This document shows, piece by piece, positions 62,668 through 64,000 of a DNA stretch of 64,000 nt (the first letter of the stretch is position 1; every line of letters begins with the position of its first letter). Origin of the DNA: Leucoraja ocellata. Taxonomy: Eukaryota. The translations under genes were made by a program, and so were the position numbers. The DNA is taken from assembly GCA_036785375.1 (NCBI GenBank), contig JAWMAR010000127.1, forward strand, positions 1,736,001-1,800,000. Direction: 5' to 3'. The notes under the pieces were generated by a model. That model made no database searches. It was given only the letters and a program-made list of their open reading frames with translations, and had not been told where the DNA came from.

Positions 62668-63008
62668 CATAGAAACACAGAAAATAGGTGCAGGAATATG
62701 CCATCGGCCCTTCGTGCCAGCACTGCCATTCAATATGATCATGGCTATTCATCAAAAATCAGTACCTTTCCTGTTTTTTCCCCATATCCCTTGATGTTGT
62801 TAGCGCCAAGAACTAAATGTAACCCTCTCTTGAAAACATCCAGTGAATTGGCCTGCACTGCCATCTGTGGCAGAGAATTCCACAGATTCACAACTCTCTG
62901 CGTGAAGAAAGATTCTTCTCATCTCAGTCCTAACTGGCCCCCCCTTTATTGGTAAACTGTGACCCATGGTTCTGAACGCCCCCAACATCGAGAACATTTT
63001 TCCTGCAG
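62668..63008 (-). mobile_element. CR1 3' fragment
   Basis: AGKMFSMLG...GHSL.IKG motif and octamer-like tail. Confidence 0.8.
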
Positions 63009-63112
63009 TTACAGTAAGTGAAAATCTAGCAGGCAAGCAAGATGCTTTCACCAACCACCCCCATTTGAAGTCCACTATCTTCCACCATATCTACCCAGTG
63101 CTTGGTACTTAC

Positions 63113-63267
63113 TTCCAGCAGCCACTAGTTGTCCTCCAGGATGCACCGAGCCGCAGCCTAATCCATGCCGGTCACCTGGGCGAATTCGGCATAGAGACTC
63201 TCACGGCAGCGGCGCAACGCTTCGACGCCTCCGATGACCCGGGACTCTTGCACTGAGGCTGCTCCAT
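63113..63267 (-). pseudogene. Disabled TDP2-like first exon (N-terminal UBA-like domain)
   Basis: Kozak ATG at 63267. Reads RESLYAEFAQVTGMD*AAARCILEDN*WLLE followed by a GTAAGT donor, like the TDP2 RxxLCxEFAxxxxxDxAxAQCxLxxNxWxxE exon end. Two in-frame TAGs and a frameshift. Confidence 0.65.
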
Positions 63268-63519
63268 GGCCGGAGCTGCAGTTAGCAACTCGCCAGCCCG
63301 GCAAACACTAGCCAGCCCCGCACCCCGTCCGCATCTGTCCCCGCCGCTGCTTCTATTGCCAACACCCGCGGCCCATGCAGTTGATATGAGTTTTGACATT
63401 TTCGTTGATCACAGAATTTCTCACAACAGAGCGTGAGAAATTTGTGATCAGTGTGAGAATTTGGTGAAATGCGTGATTCTCACGCTCAATGCATGGGAGT
63501 TGGCAGCCCTGCCTCTCAA

Positions 63520-64000
63520 CCACCCTCTCTCTCTCTCGTCTCACCCCTCTCACTCTCTCCCCTTCCCTCTCTCTTCCCCCCTCTCTCTCCCCTTCTTTTT
63601 TTCTCTCCCCCCCTTTTTCTCCCCCCTCTCTCTCTCCCCCTCTATCTCTCTTCCCCCTCTCTCCCTCCCACCTCACTCTCCCCCTCTCTCTCTCTGTCCC
63701 CCCCTCTCCCTTCTATTTCACCTAACTCTCTCTGGCCCCCCTCTCGCTCCCGCCCTCTCTGTCCTCTCTTCCCGTCTTTCTCCCCTCTCTCTCCCCCTCT
63801 CTCTCTCCCTCTTCCCCCTCTCTCTCTCCGTTCTCTTTCCCCTAACTCTCTCTCCCCTCTCTTCCCCCTAGCTCTCTCCCCCCTCTATCTCTCTCTCCTC
63901 CTCTCTTTCTTCTCCCTCCCTCTCTTCCCCCCTCTCTCTCTCTTTCTCCCTCCCTCTCAATCTCTCCCTCTCTACACACTCTCCCTCTCTCTCATCTCTC
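63520..64000. repeat. Polypyrimidine (CT-rich) low-complexity tract
   Basis: Almost exclusively C/T to the window end. Confidence 0.95.

Noticed and set aside
63353-63871. ORFs rich in E/R/G or S/L/P
   Set aside because: Translations of the CT low-complexity tract.

Overview
Eukaryotic, repeat-rich vertebrate DNA. The repeat set (HE1/V-SINE-like tRNA SINEs, CR1/HER1-type LINEs, Penelope termini) points to a cartilaginous fish, probably a skate or ray; this is an inference. The only intact host gene is CFAP69 on the minus strand. I traced 15 coding exons by hand, from a CpG-rich first exon with RFX X-box motifs (about 50.8 kb) down to 8.9 kb. Exons 2-15 splice in frame with no stops, and the 3' exons lie beyond the left edge. 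The intron at 36101-40130 is U12-type. The rest is mostly nested transposons: L1-like, CR1, Rex1/L2, Vingi/Ingi, a Hero-like RLE element, Penelope, three Gypsy remnants, an IR/DR Tc1 enclosing two head-to-head Gypsy halves, and MITEs. The top candidate is a 145-nt, TSD-flanked, non-coding mini-retroelement that folds as an HDV-like (CPEB3-type) ribozyme. It lies sense to the CFAP69 pre-mRNA about 100 nt past a splice donor. Other points of interest are Penelope-derived hammerhead motifs, a disabled TDP2-like first exon, and a non-canonical exon-1 donor. All calls come from manual reading and recalled family knowledge; no searches or folding software were run.
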